A stretch of 32,000 nucleotides of DNA, taken from contig NZ_CP011304.1 of the NCBI RefSeq assembly GCF_000981785.2, positions 930,001-962,000 on the forward strand. The letters run 5' to 3'. The notes under the pieces are model-generated. The model had not been told where the DNA came from. It saw only the letters and a program-made list of their open reading frames with translations, and did no database searches. Shown one piece after another: positions 16,091 to 24,264 of the stretch; position 1 is the first letter of the stretch, and every line of letters begins with the position of its first letter. Source of the stretch: Microcystis aeruginosa NIES-2549. Its GTDB lineage: Bacteria > Cyanobacteriota > Cyanobacteriia > Cyanobacteriales > Microcystaceae. The translations under genes were made by a program, and so were the position numbers.

Positions 16091-17473
16091 ATGCTAGTCG
16101 TAGAAGCCAAGTTAAAAAACGGGACACCAGAGCAATATCAACGGCTTGATGAAGCTATCAAAACTTCTCAGTTTGTGCGTAACTCTTGTGTTCGTCATTG
16201 GATGGACAATAAGGGGACAACCCGCAATGATCTCCAAAAACTTTGTGCGGTACTAGCTAACAATAAAGAGACCCCTTGGGTTAACAAATTAAACTCTCAA
16301 GCTCGTCAATCGGCTGCTGATAGAGCCTGGCAATCAATTAGTACATTCTATAAAAATTGTCATGCTAAGATACCGGGGAAAAAGGGGTTTCCTCGATTCA
16401 AAAAGCATAGCCGTTCGGTTGACCCTTCGGCTTCGCTCAGGGTCAACGTCGAGCGAAGTCGAGATGTTGAATACAAACTAACGGGCTACAAACTATCAGA
16501 TGATCGACGTAAAATCAGATTTACTGACGGTTTTAAAGCAGGAGAATTTGATTTATGGTGTAGTCAAAAGACATTAGTTTATTATTCAGAACAACAGATT
16601 AAACGGGTAAGAGTTGTTAGACGTGCTGACGGTTATTATTGCCAGTTTCTGATTGACGTAGAACGGCAAGAATACCATAAACCGACGGGACAAATAACAG
16701 GAATTGACTTAGGGTTAAAAGAGTTTTATACTGACGCTCAAGGTAATACTGTAGAGAATCCACGTTATTTAAGAAAGTCAGAAAAACGACTGAAAAAAGC
16801 ACAAAGACGATTATCCAAAAAGTTTCGCAAAGGAAAGAAACAGTCTAAAAACTATCACAAGCAACGGATAAAAGTAGCTAGGCTTCATCTTAAAGTGTCA
16901 AGACAACGTAAAGACAAAGCAATTAAAGACGCTTTGGCGTTAGTCCAGTCTAATGATCTGGTAGTTTATGAAGCTTTAAAGGTAAGAAACTTAGTCAAAA
17001 ACCGTAAGCTTGCCAAGTCGATTAGTGATGCTTCTTGGTATCAATTCACTGAATGGTTGAATTATTTTGCCAAGATTTATCGGATTGTTTGTATTGCTGT
17101 TCCTCCCCATTTCACGACTCAAGATTGTTCAGTTTGTGGGACGAGAGTTCAAAAAACATTAAGCACTAGAACTCATCAATGTCCCAATTGTAAAACAGTC
17201 TTAGATAGGGATCATAATGCAGCAATAAATATTCTTAAAAAAGGGTTGCAATATTTGGGAAAACATCTCAATGCCTCGACTTCGCTCGGCATTGACACTG
17301 AGCGAAGTCGAAGTGTCAATGGTACTGTTGGGCAAACAGAAACCGACCTAAACGCCTTGGGAGAGTCCGACCTCTGGGTTTTTAATGGAGACATTGAGAA
17401 TCTAAGTTGTCTCGTTGAACAAGGAATTTCTAACAGCGATGTGGAAAGAATCCCCCGTCACAGCGTAGCTTGA
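16091..17473 (+). CDS. tnpB: TnpB (OrfB) RNA-guided endonuclease, IS605/IS1341 family
   Basis: 460 aa. The RuvC triad candidates are GIDLGLKEF (D), VVYEALKV (E) and DRDHNAAINI (D). The zinc finger is CSVCG...CPNC. The N-terminal OrfB_IS605 pattern is MLVVEAKLKNGTPEQYQRLDEAIKTSQFVRNSCV. Confidence 0.9.
   Translation: MLVVEAKLKNGTPEQYQRLDEAIKTSQFVRNSCVRHWMDNKGTTRNDLQKLCAVLANNKETPWVNKLNSQARQSAADRAWQSISTFYKNCHAKIPGKKGFPRFKKHSRSVDPSASLRVNVERSRDVEYKLTGYKLSDDRRKIRFTDGFKAGEFDLWCSQKTLVYYSEQQIKRVRVVRRADGYYCQFLIDVERQEYHKPTGQITGIDLGLKEFYTDAQGNTVENPRYLRKSEKRLKKAQRRLSKKFRKGKKQSKNYHKQRIKVARLHLKVSRQRKDKAIKDALALVQSNDLVVYEALKVRNLVKNRKLAKSISDASWYQFTEWLNYFAKIYRIVCIAVPPHFTTQDCSVCGTRVQKTLSTRTHQCPNCKTVLDRDHNAAINILKKGLQYLGKHLNASTSLGIDTERSRSVNGTVGQTETDLNALGESDLWVFNGDIENLSCLVEQGISNSDVERIPRHSVA
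16418..16463. repeat. palindromic mini-insertion (SDR/MITE-like) inside tnpB, in frame
   Basis: Interleaved inverted repeats are gttgaccc/gggtcaac and cttcgctc/gagcgaag. The insertion encodes DPSASLRVNVERSRD, which interrupts the conserved FPRFKK..SVEYK segment. Confidence 0.65.
17275..17320. repeat. second palindromic mini-insertion of the same family inside the tnpB 3' region
   Basis: Interleaved repeats are ctcgacttcgctc/gagcgaagtcgaag and attgacact/agtgtcaat. It shares the cgacttcgctc...gagcgaagtcga core with 16418-16463. Confidence 0.65.
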
Positions 17474-17486
17474 CGGTGGGAGTATG

Positions 17487-18059
17487 TCAATCAAAAATGG
17501 AGATAAATAAACTAAAGCCTGGTAAGACATCCTCTCCGCTTAAATTAGCGGGTAGTTCCATAATTTCTAAGGGTTGCTGAGGACGATAAATTTCCACCTG
17601 TTGTTGTTGAGGATTAACTAGCCAACCTAATCGCAAACCACTGTGGAGATATTCCCGCATTTTAGCTTGAATTTCTGGGAGGGAATCGCTACGGGAGCGC
17701 AGTTCAATAACGAAATCGGGACAAATAGGCGGAAATTTCTCCTGTTCTTCTCGACTTAGAGCTTGCCAACGGGTTAAACTCACCCAAGCGGCATCAGGAG
17801 CGCGATATCCGCCTTTCGGCAAACGAAAAATCGTCGCCGAACTAAAGACTTTACCCAATCGGGTTTGACGATTCCAGATACCTAAGTCAATGATAAAATC
17901 GGCTTCTCGGTTGCCGCTAATTCCCCCAACAGGTGGCATCACAATTAATTCTCCTTGGGCGTTTCTTTCCAGTTGCCAATCTGGGTTAACTTGACAGAGA
18001 CGGTAAAACTGCTCATCGCTGAGATTGACTGTATCTAAGTTTAAAATCACTGCTGCCAT
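17487..18059 (-). CDS. Uma2-family (DUF820) restriction-endonuclease-like protein
   Basis: 190 aa. The patterns NPDWQLERNAQGELIVMPP, APDAAWV, PDFVIELRS and LGWLVNP are typical Uma2. Confidence 0.85.
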   Translation of the reverse strand: MAAVILNLDTVNLSDEQFYRLCQVNPDWQLERNAQGELIVMPPVGGISGNREADFIIDLGIWNRQTRLGKVFSSATIFRLPKGGYRAPDAAWVSLTRWQALSREEQEKFPPICPDFVIELRSRSDSLPEIQAKMREYLHSGLRLGWLVNPQQQQVEIYRPQQPLEIMELPANLSGEDVLPGFSLFISIFD

Positions 18060-18146
18060 AGCTATATTTCGCCCTAGAAAACACTCTAGTCTTAATTATA
18101 GTCAATTATACTAAATCCGGTTATTAAAAACTGATTATTTATTCCT

Positions 18147-18174
18147 CCTCTTGCCTCTTGCCTCTTGCCTCTTG
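18147..18174. repeat. heptamer tandem repeat (CCTCTTG)4
   Basis: Direct reading: four perfect units. Confidence 0.95.
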
Positions 18175-18213
18175 CCCATCCTGATATGTAGCATATACTC
18201 AACGGATTTAGTC

Positions 18214-19227
18214 TTAGATTCCCCGCCAGATTGCGATCGCACCGTCTCGATCTCCAGTGACTAACCAACGACCATCTTGACTGGCAACCATTCTTAAGAT
18301 GACGTTTCCCTTCAGGGTATTCAAGCGCCGACGGGTATTAACATCCCAAAATTTGACGGTTCCATCCCCGGAAGTGCTGGCCAAAACTTTGCCCCCATCG
18401 AGCAGGGCCATATCAGTTACAGCGTCGTTATGGGCGAGAATAGTAGTGGTGCCGATGCCACTTTTCACTTGCCAACTGCGGATCGAACCGTCTTGACTAG
18501 CAGTACCGGCGATCTTACCATCCTTGGAAAAAAGCACCCGATAAACGGGGAATAAATTACCCGCATAGGCACGAATAAAGCGACCGGTACTCACTTTCCA
18601 CAGTTTAACGAAACCATCGTAATCGGCGCTCACAATTCCTTTACCATCGGGACTAAATGCGATCGCCTGAATCGGATGATTATGGCCGTGCAGGGTTTTT
18701 AACAGTGTACCCGTCTGAAAATCCCAGAGTTTAACAGTACGATCCCAGCTACCCGTAGCCAAAATTTTGCCATCGGGAGAAATAGCGGCATCGGTAACGA
18801 GAAAAGCATGGCCAGTATAGGTCATTTCTAATTTTCGCGTGCGCGTATTCCAGCGTTGCACTTTTCCCCCCGCATCGGCAGTTACGAAAGTCTCACCATC
18901 GGGACTAAATTGGATAGCATTGACAGTATCTCCTAGTTGCCAAGTCCTGAGAGGTTTTTGAGTTTTTAGGTCCCATTCCCTGACAGTACCGTCAAAACTA
19001 CCACTTAGCAGCAAGGAGTTATCGGGACTAATGGCCAAAGCATAGATGGGATCCTGATCGGCTTTTAAAATAGTAACCCGTTCCACCATCTGCCAAGGAA
19101 CGATTTCTGCTAGGGGAGACGCTTGCGGAGTGATGGTTTTCTCTTTTTCCCGATTGACTGCACAACCACCGGATAGCAACAGCAGCAATAATAAAGATAA
19201 TGTCGGTTGATAAAGGGTTATTTTCAT
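18214..19227 (-). CDS. WD40-repeat beta-propeller lipoprotein
   Basis: 337 aa with a signal peptide and lipobox (LLLLLLSGGC). About 7 WD repeats follow (SGSFDGTVREWD, GSWDRTVKLWD, ADYDGFVKLWK, SGDGTVKFWD and others). Confidence 0.85.
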   Translation of the reverse strand: MKITLYQPTLSLLLLLLLSGGCAVNREKEKTITPQASPLAEIVPWQMVERVTILKADQDPIYALAISPDNSLLLSGSFDGTVREWDLKTQKPLRTWQLGDTVNAIQFSPDGETFVTADAGGKVQRWNTRTRKLEMTYTGHAFLVTDAAISPDGKILATGSWDRTVKLWDFQTGTLLKTLHGHNHPIQAIAFSPDGKGIVSADYDGFVKLWKVSTGRFIRAYAGNLFPVYRVLFSKDGKIAGTASQDGSIRSWQVKSGIGTTTILAHNDAVTDMALLDGGKVLASTSGDGTVKFWDVNTRRRLNTLKGNVILRMVASQDGRWLVTGDRDGAIAIWRGI

Positions 19228-19263
19228 AGAATTTTGCCGTTGTCAAAATCATCTTAAACTACT

Positions 19264-19470
19264 TTAAACTTGAATGGGTAAAATTTGCAGAGAATAACGA
19301 CAACGAGGAACAAGATAAATGACAAATTCTTGATTGGTTGTGTTGGCTTCTTCCAGAACATTCTGTAAATTTTCACCGTGAGCAATCACCCCTTTTTCAT
19401 TATAGGCAATGTATTGATTTTTATACAAATCAAGCACGGTGTCACGATTTTTGTTTAACCAACGTAACAT
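19264..19470 (-). CDS. DUF5678-like small protein (possibly 5'-truncated by an in-frame stop)
   Basis: 68 aa. LDLYKNQYIAYNEKGVIAHGENLQNVLEEA resembles DUF5678. An upstream in-frame ATG at 19506 is separated from the ORF by a TAA at 19497-19495. Confidence 0.45.
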   Translation of the reverse strand: MLRWLNKNRDTVLDLYKNQYIAYNEKGVIAHGENLQNVLEEANTTNQEFVIYLVPRCRYSLQILPIQV

Positions 19471-19513
19471 TTCTTGGGCTTGTTCTTGAGAGATTTAGTC
19501 TGTCATAATCTTT

Positions 19514-19945
19514 CTAGGGAGAGACGTTTTTGATTAGAAGAAAAGCATCACTAATCAGTTTATTTTTGTCAATTATAGCTTCTAGTTGCTCCGATTGATA
19601 CCGACCTGATTCGACTTCTAAAGAAGCGGCATCCAAAGCATTAAGATAAGCATCGTTTAAAGTGTCTGTTAATTCCTGATCACTTAAATAATATCCTGAT
19701 GCTTTTCGGCGTTTATTGTGGCGTTGAATTTCTCTAACACTATTGCGAATGGAGACATCCCAAGAACGAGTGGTTCGGTTTTCTGCCTGTTGTTTAATTA
19801 AATGCAGTAATAAGATAACAGCATAACTACGAATGGTGCTAATAATCCCATTTTTGCTCATATCTTCAAGGTCTTCTACAATCGCCAGTGAACCTTTAAT
19901 ATCACCTTTTAAGAGCAAAGCTTTTAATTCTAAAAGTTCTTCCAT
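19514..19945 (-). CDS. helical hypothetical protein, DUF29-like
   Basis: 143 aa. LLLHLIKQQAENRTTRSWDVSIRNSVREIQ resembles the DUF29 core (LLxHLLKWQYQP..RSRSW...I..QR). The family assignment is tentative. Confidence 0.45.
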   Translation of the reverse strand: MEELLELKALLLKGDIKGSLAIVEDLEDMSKNGIISTIRSYAVILLLHLIKQQAENRTTRSWDVSIRNSVREIQRHNKRRKASGYYLSDQELTDTLNDAYLNALDAASLEVESGRYQSEQLEAIIDKNKLISDAFLLIKNVSP

Positions 19946-20296
19946 AATCCAATTTCTTCCCCAAAATATACCTTAATTATATCTTGCCACAAGTCTCTCT
20001 ATCCCAAAGCTCATTTAAGGCCATCTTGAGCAAAAAGTTAATCATTTTTTCATTTATTTTAAGTTTTTATGTGCTATGGTGTGGCCGTTCTTGTGAAAAT
20101 GGAGTTTTTAATATTGAATATATTGTAGGGGCGAATTGCATTCGCCCTCTTTGAATAACTTCTGCTGCTCACCTATTATGTGAGAGAAAGTCACCAATAG
20201 GAGATGCACCCGTCCGTCTATCTATTCAACCGACAAAAAACGGTGAAGCGAAAGCTGATCAAGTTAAACAATTTTTAAAAATACAGGAGGAAGAAA

Positions 20297-20518
20297 ATGA
20301 ATCCAACCACCGACGATTTTAACGGTTTTAGCATTAATATCTTCCAAGATGAGGAGAGAGATTGGATAGCATACTTAGTAGAAATGCCTAGCGTTTCCGC
20401 TTTTGCTGATAGCCCCCAAACAGCACTCAATCAATTAATTCTAGCTTGGGAAGGCGTTAAAGAAAGTTATCGTCAACATGGTGAAGAAATTCCTCATTTA
20501 GCTATGACAAAAAATTAG
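20297..20518 (+). CDS. HicB-like (UPF0150) antitoxin-fold protein, orphan
   Basis: 73 aa. FSINIFQDEERDWIAYLVEMPSVSAFADSPQTALNQLILAWEGVKESYRQHGEEIP is the HicB N-domain pattern. A good RBS (aggagg) precedes the ATG. No intact hicA is adjacent. Confidence 0.6.
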   Translation: MNPTTDDFNGFSINIFQDEERDWIAYLVEMPSVSAFADSPQTALNQLILAWEGVKESYRQHGEEIPHLAMTKN

Positions 20519-20594
20519 GCACACTAGCAGGGTCTTGAAAAAAAATAGTACAAATGCTCGGACTTTTTTTTCCAACCCCTAACCCCAAATTCTG

Positions 20595-21971
20595 CTACTC
20601 AGATTCAGGTTTTTTAGCGTCTTTTTCCGGGGTATTAGGGGCGGGATTTGGGGCTATTGTCGCAATTTGGGCGGCCATTCTTGTCATTGCTTGACCTTGG
20701 GCGAATTCCTGCTGTAGTTGTTCGCTAGAAGAAACCAAACGACTTAAACCCTGGATTAAACGGATAATTTCCTGTCGCAGTTGCGGATTACCGGTAATTT
20801 CATCCACATCCGAGGTGATTTTCTGAAGATTGGCAAAAGCAGCGCGAGAGGAGTCGAGGAGTTGCTGTAGGGTGACAACAGTGGCAGGATCGGAGAGATA
20901 GGCGGTAAAGTTGCCCAAATTTTCGCTTAATTTAACAGCATTTGCCGAAATAGTATTTAAATTCTCAATAATTTGGCTTTTCTGCACTTCCGTGAGGATC
21001 GGATCCAAAGCAGCGAGAGTAGTTTGTAGGCGATCGCTAGTAGTTTTGATACTATCGAGAGTAGCAATTAAACGATTTTGATTAGCTGCCAAAAAAACCC
21101 GCAGTTCTTCGGTGGTTTGTCCCACCAAAAGCAGCGTTTTTCGGGCCTCTACCAGGGTAGCGTCTAAATTTCTCAGGCCGCCACTTCCCTGTAAACTTCT
21201 CAGTAAAGTAGTCGCTTCCTGACTCAATCCCCCGACACCGGAAAGATCACTAGAAAGGCGATCGAGAGAACCGGATACTTGCGGTAAGGATTCTAGGGAT
21301 CTCATCCCCGAATTAACTTTACCTAGAGTACCGCTGCGACGTACCTCGCTTAAAGCCGTGGTTGCCTCACCACTAAAGCGATCGAGTCCCCCCAAGGCAT
21401 TGGCAGCGCGTTGGGTGAAGGAACGAAATCCAGCCACCATATCGGGATCGCTAACTAGATTAGAAATTCTCAGTAAAGATCTGATCAAGGTATTGACATT
21501 TAGCGCCGATTGCCCTTGTAAACGGGAACCGTTACAGATAATCACCTCCCCATTACAGTTAGGACTCAAAGGGGGTTCTTTGACACCACCGACGGGTAAA
21601 GCTTGCAGGGGAGTAATATCGATCGTGGTTTCACCCACTAAACCGGATTGAATGGCTTCGATGAGGGAATTACTGGGAATTAGGCGATCTGCTGGCGAAA
21701 TCTCCACTTCTACCGCGACTCCCTCCGGTTCTGGGGTAATTGCCGTCACTTGTCCGATTCTCACTCCCCGATAACCGACGCGGGTTCCCACCATCATGCC
21801 ACCCACATTAGGAAAAAGGAAGCTGGCGCGATAACTGCGTCCCCCGAAGCTAAAATTACTTAACCAGGCGACAAACCAGATTAATATTCCCCCCGATGCC
21901 AGTAACATTAAACCGATACCACTTTGCCGCAGAGTTGGGGAAATCCCTCGTTGTGAACCGCCAGCTTCCAT
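20595..21971 (-). CDS. mlaD: MlaD/MCE-domain protein (TGD2/Ycf22-like) with long C-terminal helical region
   Basis: 458 aa. An N-terminal TM is followed by an MCE domain (FPNVGGMMVGTRVGYRGVRIGQVTAI...VEVEI...IPSNS). The C-terminal part is repetitive, Leu/Ser/Thr-rich and helical. Confidence 0.8.
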   Translation of the reverse strand: MEAGGSQRGISPTLRQSGIGLMLLASGGILIWFVAWLSNFSFGGRSYRASFLFPNVGGMMVGTRVGYRGVRIGQVTAITPEPEGVAVEVEISPADRLIPSNSLIEAIQSGLVGETTIDITPLQALPVGGVKEPPLSPNCNGEVIICNGSRLQGQSALNVNTLIRSLLRISNLVSDPDMVAGFRSFTQRAANALGGLDRFSGEATTALSEVRRSGTLGKVNSGMRSLESLPQVSGSLDRLSSDLSGVGGLSQEATTLLRSLQGSGGLRNLDATLVEARKTLLLVGQTTEELRVFLAANQNRLIATLDSIKTTSDRLQTTLAALDPILTEVQKSQIIENLNTISANAVKLSENLGNFTAYLSDPATVVTLQQLLDSSRAAFANLQKITSDVDEITGNPQLRQEIIRLIQGLSRLVSSSEQLQQEFAQGQAMTRMAAQIATIAPNPAPNTPEKDAKKPESE

Positions 21972-22097
21972 AAATAATTACTCCTCATCTCTACACAGTA
22001 TCTATGATAAGAAATTATTCAATCAATCGATCGGGTGACATTCTAGGCTATGATTTCCCTGACTATAGTTATTTCTCTACATTAAGGAAAATCTACG

Positions 22098-23999
22098 ATG
22101 ACAGCCTTTCCCATCGATTTGAGTGCCTATAAACCCATCAGTCTTGACCCCAGTAACCCCACCCTCACCGACGAGCAAAGAAGCGCCCTAAAAGCCAATA
22201 TCCAACTCTGTCGCGATGCTATCATCTTTTTTACTGCCACGGGTGCGGCCCGGGGTGTGGGTGGACACACCGGCGGCCCCTACGATACCGTCCCGGAAGT
22301 GGTGATTCTCGATGCTCTTTTCCGCAGTCAACCTAGTCAATTTGTACCAATTTTCTTCGATGAAGCGGGACACCGCGTCGGTACTCAATATCTCATGTCT
22401 GCGTTAGAAGGTTCTTTACCCCCAGAACAATTAATGCACTACCGCGAGGCCAATTCTAAACTCCCCGGACACCCGGAATTAGGATTAACCCCCGGCGTCA
22501 AATTTAGTTCTGGCCGTTTAGGACATATGTGGCCCTACGTTAACGGTGTCGCTTTAGCTAACCCCGGAAAAACCGTTTTTTGTTTAGGTTCCGATGGTTC
22601 TCAACAGGAAGGCAATGACGCGGAAGCTGCCCGTTTAGCCGTAGCTCAACACATCAATGTTAAGCTGATTATTGATGATAATGATGTGACGATTGCTGGT
22701 AATCCTTCCAAATATTTACCCGGTTATGATGTGGCTAAAACTCTTGTTGGCCATGGCGTAAAAGTGTTAGTGGGAGATGGGGAAGATATCGATAGTTTGT
22801 ATCGCAATATCTGTGAAGCAATTAATACTCCTGGCCCGATTGCGATTATTAATAAACGTCCCATGTGTCCCGGAATTGAAGGTTTAGAAGGTTCTAACCA
22901 CGGCCATGATGTGATTTCTGTTCCCTTGGCTTTGAAATATTTAGAGGCAAAAGGACACAGCACCGCCGTGGAATATCTCAACAGTATTAAGAAGCCTTCT
23001 AATGACTATAAATTCCTCGGTTCTGGGGATAAATGGGGTTCTAACCGCAACGTTTTCGGCGAAGCGGTGGTCAGTCTTTTAGGCAAAATGAGCGAAGAAG
23101 AACGCAAGGCTAAGGTATTAGTAGTAGATAGCGATTTAGAGGGTTCCTGCGGTCTGAAAATTATCCACGATAAACATCCCGAAGTGTTTATTCCTTCCGG
23201 TATTATGGAACGGGGCAATCTTTCGGCGGCTGCTGGTTTTGGTATGGAAAAAGGTAAACAGGGAATTTTCGCCACCTTTGCCGCTTTTCTAGAAATGTGT
23301 ATTTCTGAAATCACCATGGCGCGTTTGAATTATTCTAATCTTTTATGTCATTTTTCCCATTCTGGTATCGATGACATGGCGGATAATACTTGTCACTTTG
23401 GTTTGAATAATTTCTTTGCCGATAATGGACTCGATGACGGTTACGAAACCCGTCTTTATTTTCCAGCCGATGCGGCACAAATGACCGCTTGTGTCGAGGC
23501 AACTTTCCATCAACCCGGTTTACGTTTTATCTTCTCGACTCGTTCTAAAACTCCCAATATTCTGGATACTAAAGGCAATAATTTCTTTGGCGATGGTTAC
23601 ACCTTTGTCCCCGGAAAAGATGAAGTAATTCGTGAAGGCACTGCCGGTTATATCATCAGCTTTGGCGATGGTTTATACCGCGCTTTGGATGCAGTGGAAC
23701 GTCTAAAACAAGAAGGTATTGACGTGGGTTTAATTAATAAACCGACTCTCAATGTAGTGGATGAAGAAATTATCACTAAAGTTGGTAATTCTCCCTTTGT
23801 TTTAGTGGTAGAAGCATTTAACCGTCGTACAGGTTTAGGTAGCCGTTATGGTTCTTGGTTACTCGAACGCGGTTTAACTCCTAAATACGCCTATATCGGT
23901 ACTCACCATGAAGGTTGTGGCGGTTTATGGGAACAATTCCCCCACCAAGGTATTGACCCAGTTGGTATCATTAGTAAAGTTAAATCTTTAATCGCTTAG
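22098..23999 (+). CDS. transketolase-family thiamine-diphosphate enzyme (non-canonical, single-chain, 633 aa)
   Basis: The TPP-binding signature is GSDGSQQEGNDAEAARLAVAQHINVKLIIDDNDVTIAG, followed by Pyr and C-terminal transketolase-like regions. The N-terminal motif is GGHTGGPYD rather than the canonical TktA SGHPG. Confidence 0.8.
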   Translation: MTAFPIDLSAYKPISLDPSNPTLTDEQRSALKANIQLCRDAIIFFTATGAARGVGGHTGGPYDTVPEVVILDALFRSQPSQFVPIFFDEAGHRVGTQYLMSALEGSLPPEQLMHYREANSKLPGHPELGLTPGVKFSSGRLGHMWPYVNGVALANPGKTVFCLGSDGSQQEGNDAEAARLAVAQHINVKLIIDDNDVTIAGNPSKYLPGYDVAKTLVGHGVKVLVGDGEDIDSLYRNICEAINTPGPIAIINKRPMCPGIEGLEGSNHGHDVISVPLALKYLEAKGHSTAVEYLNSIKKPSNDYKFLGSGDKWGSNRNVFGEAVVSLLGKMSEEERKAKVLVVDSDLEGSCGLKIIHDKHPEVFIPSGIMERGNLSAAAGFGMEKGKQGIFATFAAFLEMCISEITMARLNYSNLLCHFSHSGIDDMADNTCHFGLNNFFADNGLDDGYETRLYFPADAAQMTACVEATFHQPGLRFIFSTRSKTPNILDTKGNNFFGDGYTFVPGKDEVIREGTAGYIISFGDGLYRALDAVERLKQEGIDVGLINKPTLNVVDEEIITKVGNSPFVLVVEAFNRRTGLGSRYGSWLLERGLTPKYAYIGTHHEGCGGLWEQFPHQGIDPVGIISKVKSLIA

Positions 24000-24024
24000 A
24001 GAGTATTTTAGGGTGAGCTTTAAT

Positions 24025-24059
24025 CAGTTATCAGTTATCAGTTATCAGTCAACAGTGAA
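24025..24059. repeat. heptamer tandem repeat (CAGTTAT)3 plus 2 degenerate units, the same unit as at 8777-8828
   Basis: Direct reading: cagttat x3, then cagtcaa and cagtgaa. Confidence 0.9.
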
Positions 24060-24094
24060 CATCTTTAATAATTAAGTAGGTAGGCGTTAAAAAT

Positions 24095-24179
24095 TATCAG
24101 ACACCCCCCTTATCAAGGGGGGCAGGGGGGATCCCCCCGCCTATCAGCACCCCCCTTATCAAGGGGGGCAGGGGGGATC
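24095..24179. repeat. tandem pair of about 38-bp G/C-hairpin units
   Basis: tatcag(a)caccccccttatcaaggggggcaggggggatc occurs at 24095-24133 and 24142-24179. Each unit contains the hairpin cccccctt-atc-aagggggg. The palindrome ggggggatcccccc lies at 24125-24138. Confidence 0.9.
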
Positions 24180-24236
24180 GAACCTAAAATTCATTTTTAA
24201 TTTAATTATAACCAGCTACTTAAGATTTTAGCTTGG

Positions 24237-24264
24237 TTGATAATCCGAGCATTTGTACTAAAAT
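24237..24264 (+). promoter_or_regulatory. candidate sigma70-type promoter upstream of clpB
   Basis: TTGATA (24237-24242), a 16-nt spacer, then TAAAAT (24259-24264), about 165 nt upstream of the clpB ATG. This is a sequence match only. Confidence 0.25.

Larger units (their letters stand above)
15936..17486 (+). mobile_element. IS200/IS605-family, IS1341-type element carrying tnpB only (no tnpA); boundaries approximate
   Basis: An imperfect palindrome lies upstream (tcggatgaatgcccccgc at 15936-15953 and gcgggggatgaaatccga at 15982-15999). A 3' hairpin follows (cccccgtca at 17452-17460 and tgacggtgg at 17471-17479). Both fit the subterminal hairpins of this family. No Y1 transposase ORF is present. 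Confidence 0.45.

Noticed and set aside
13600-21971. mlaE and mlaD as a disrupted mla operon (mlaF missing)
   Set aside because: As far as I recall, cyanobacteria commonly encode the MlaE-like permease apart from the MlaD/MlaF genes. The two genes here are convergent. Separation alone is therefore not evidence of operon disruption, and only the accessory content of the interval is reported.
22188-23317. Minus-strand ORFs inside the transketolase-family gene
   Set aside because: They are antisense to a conserved enzyme gene and have no motifs.
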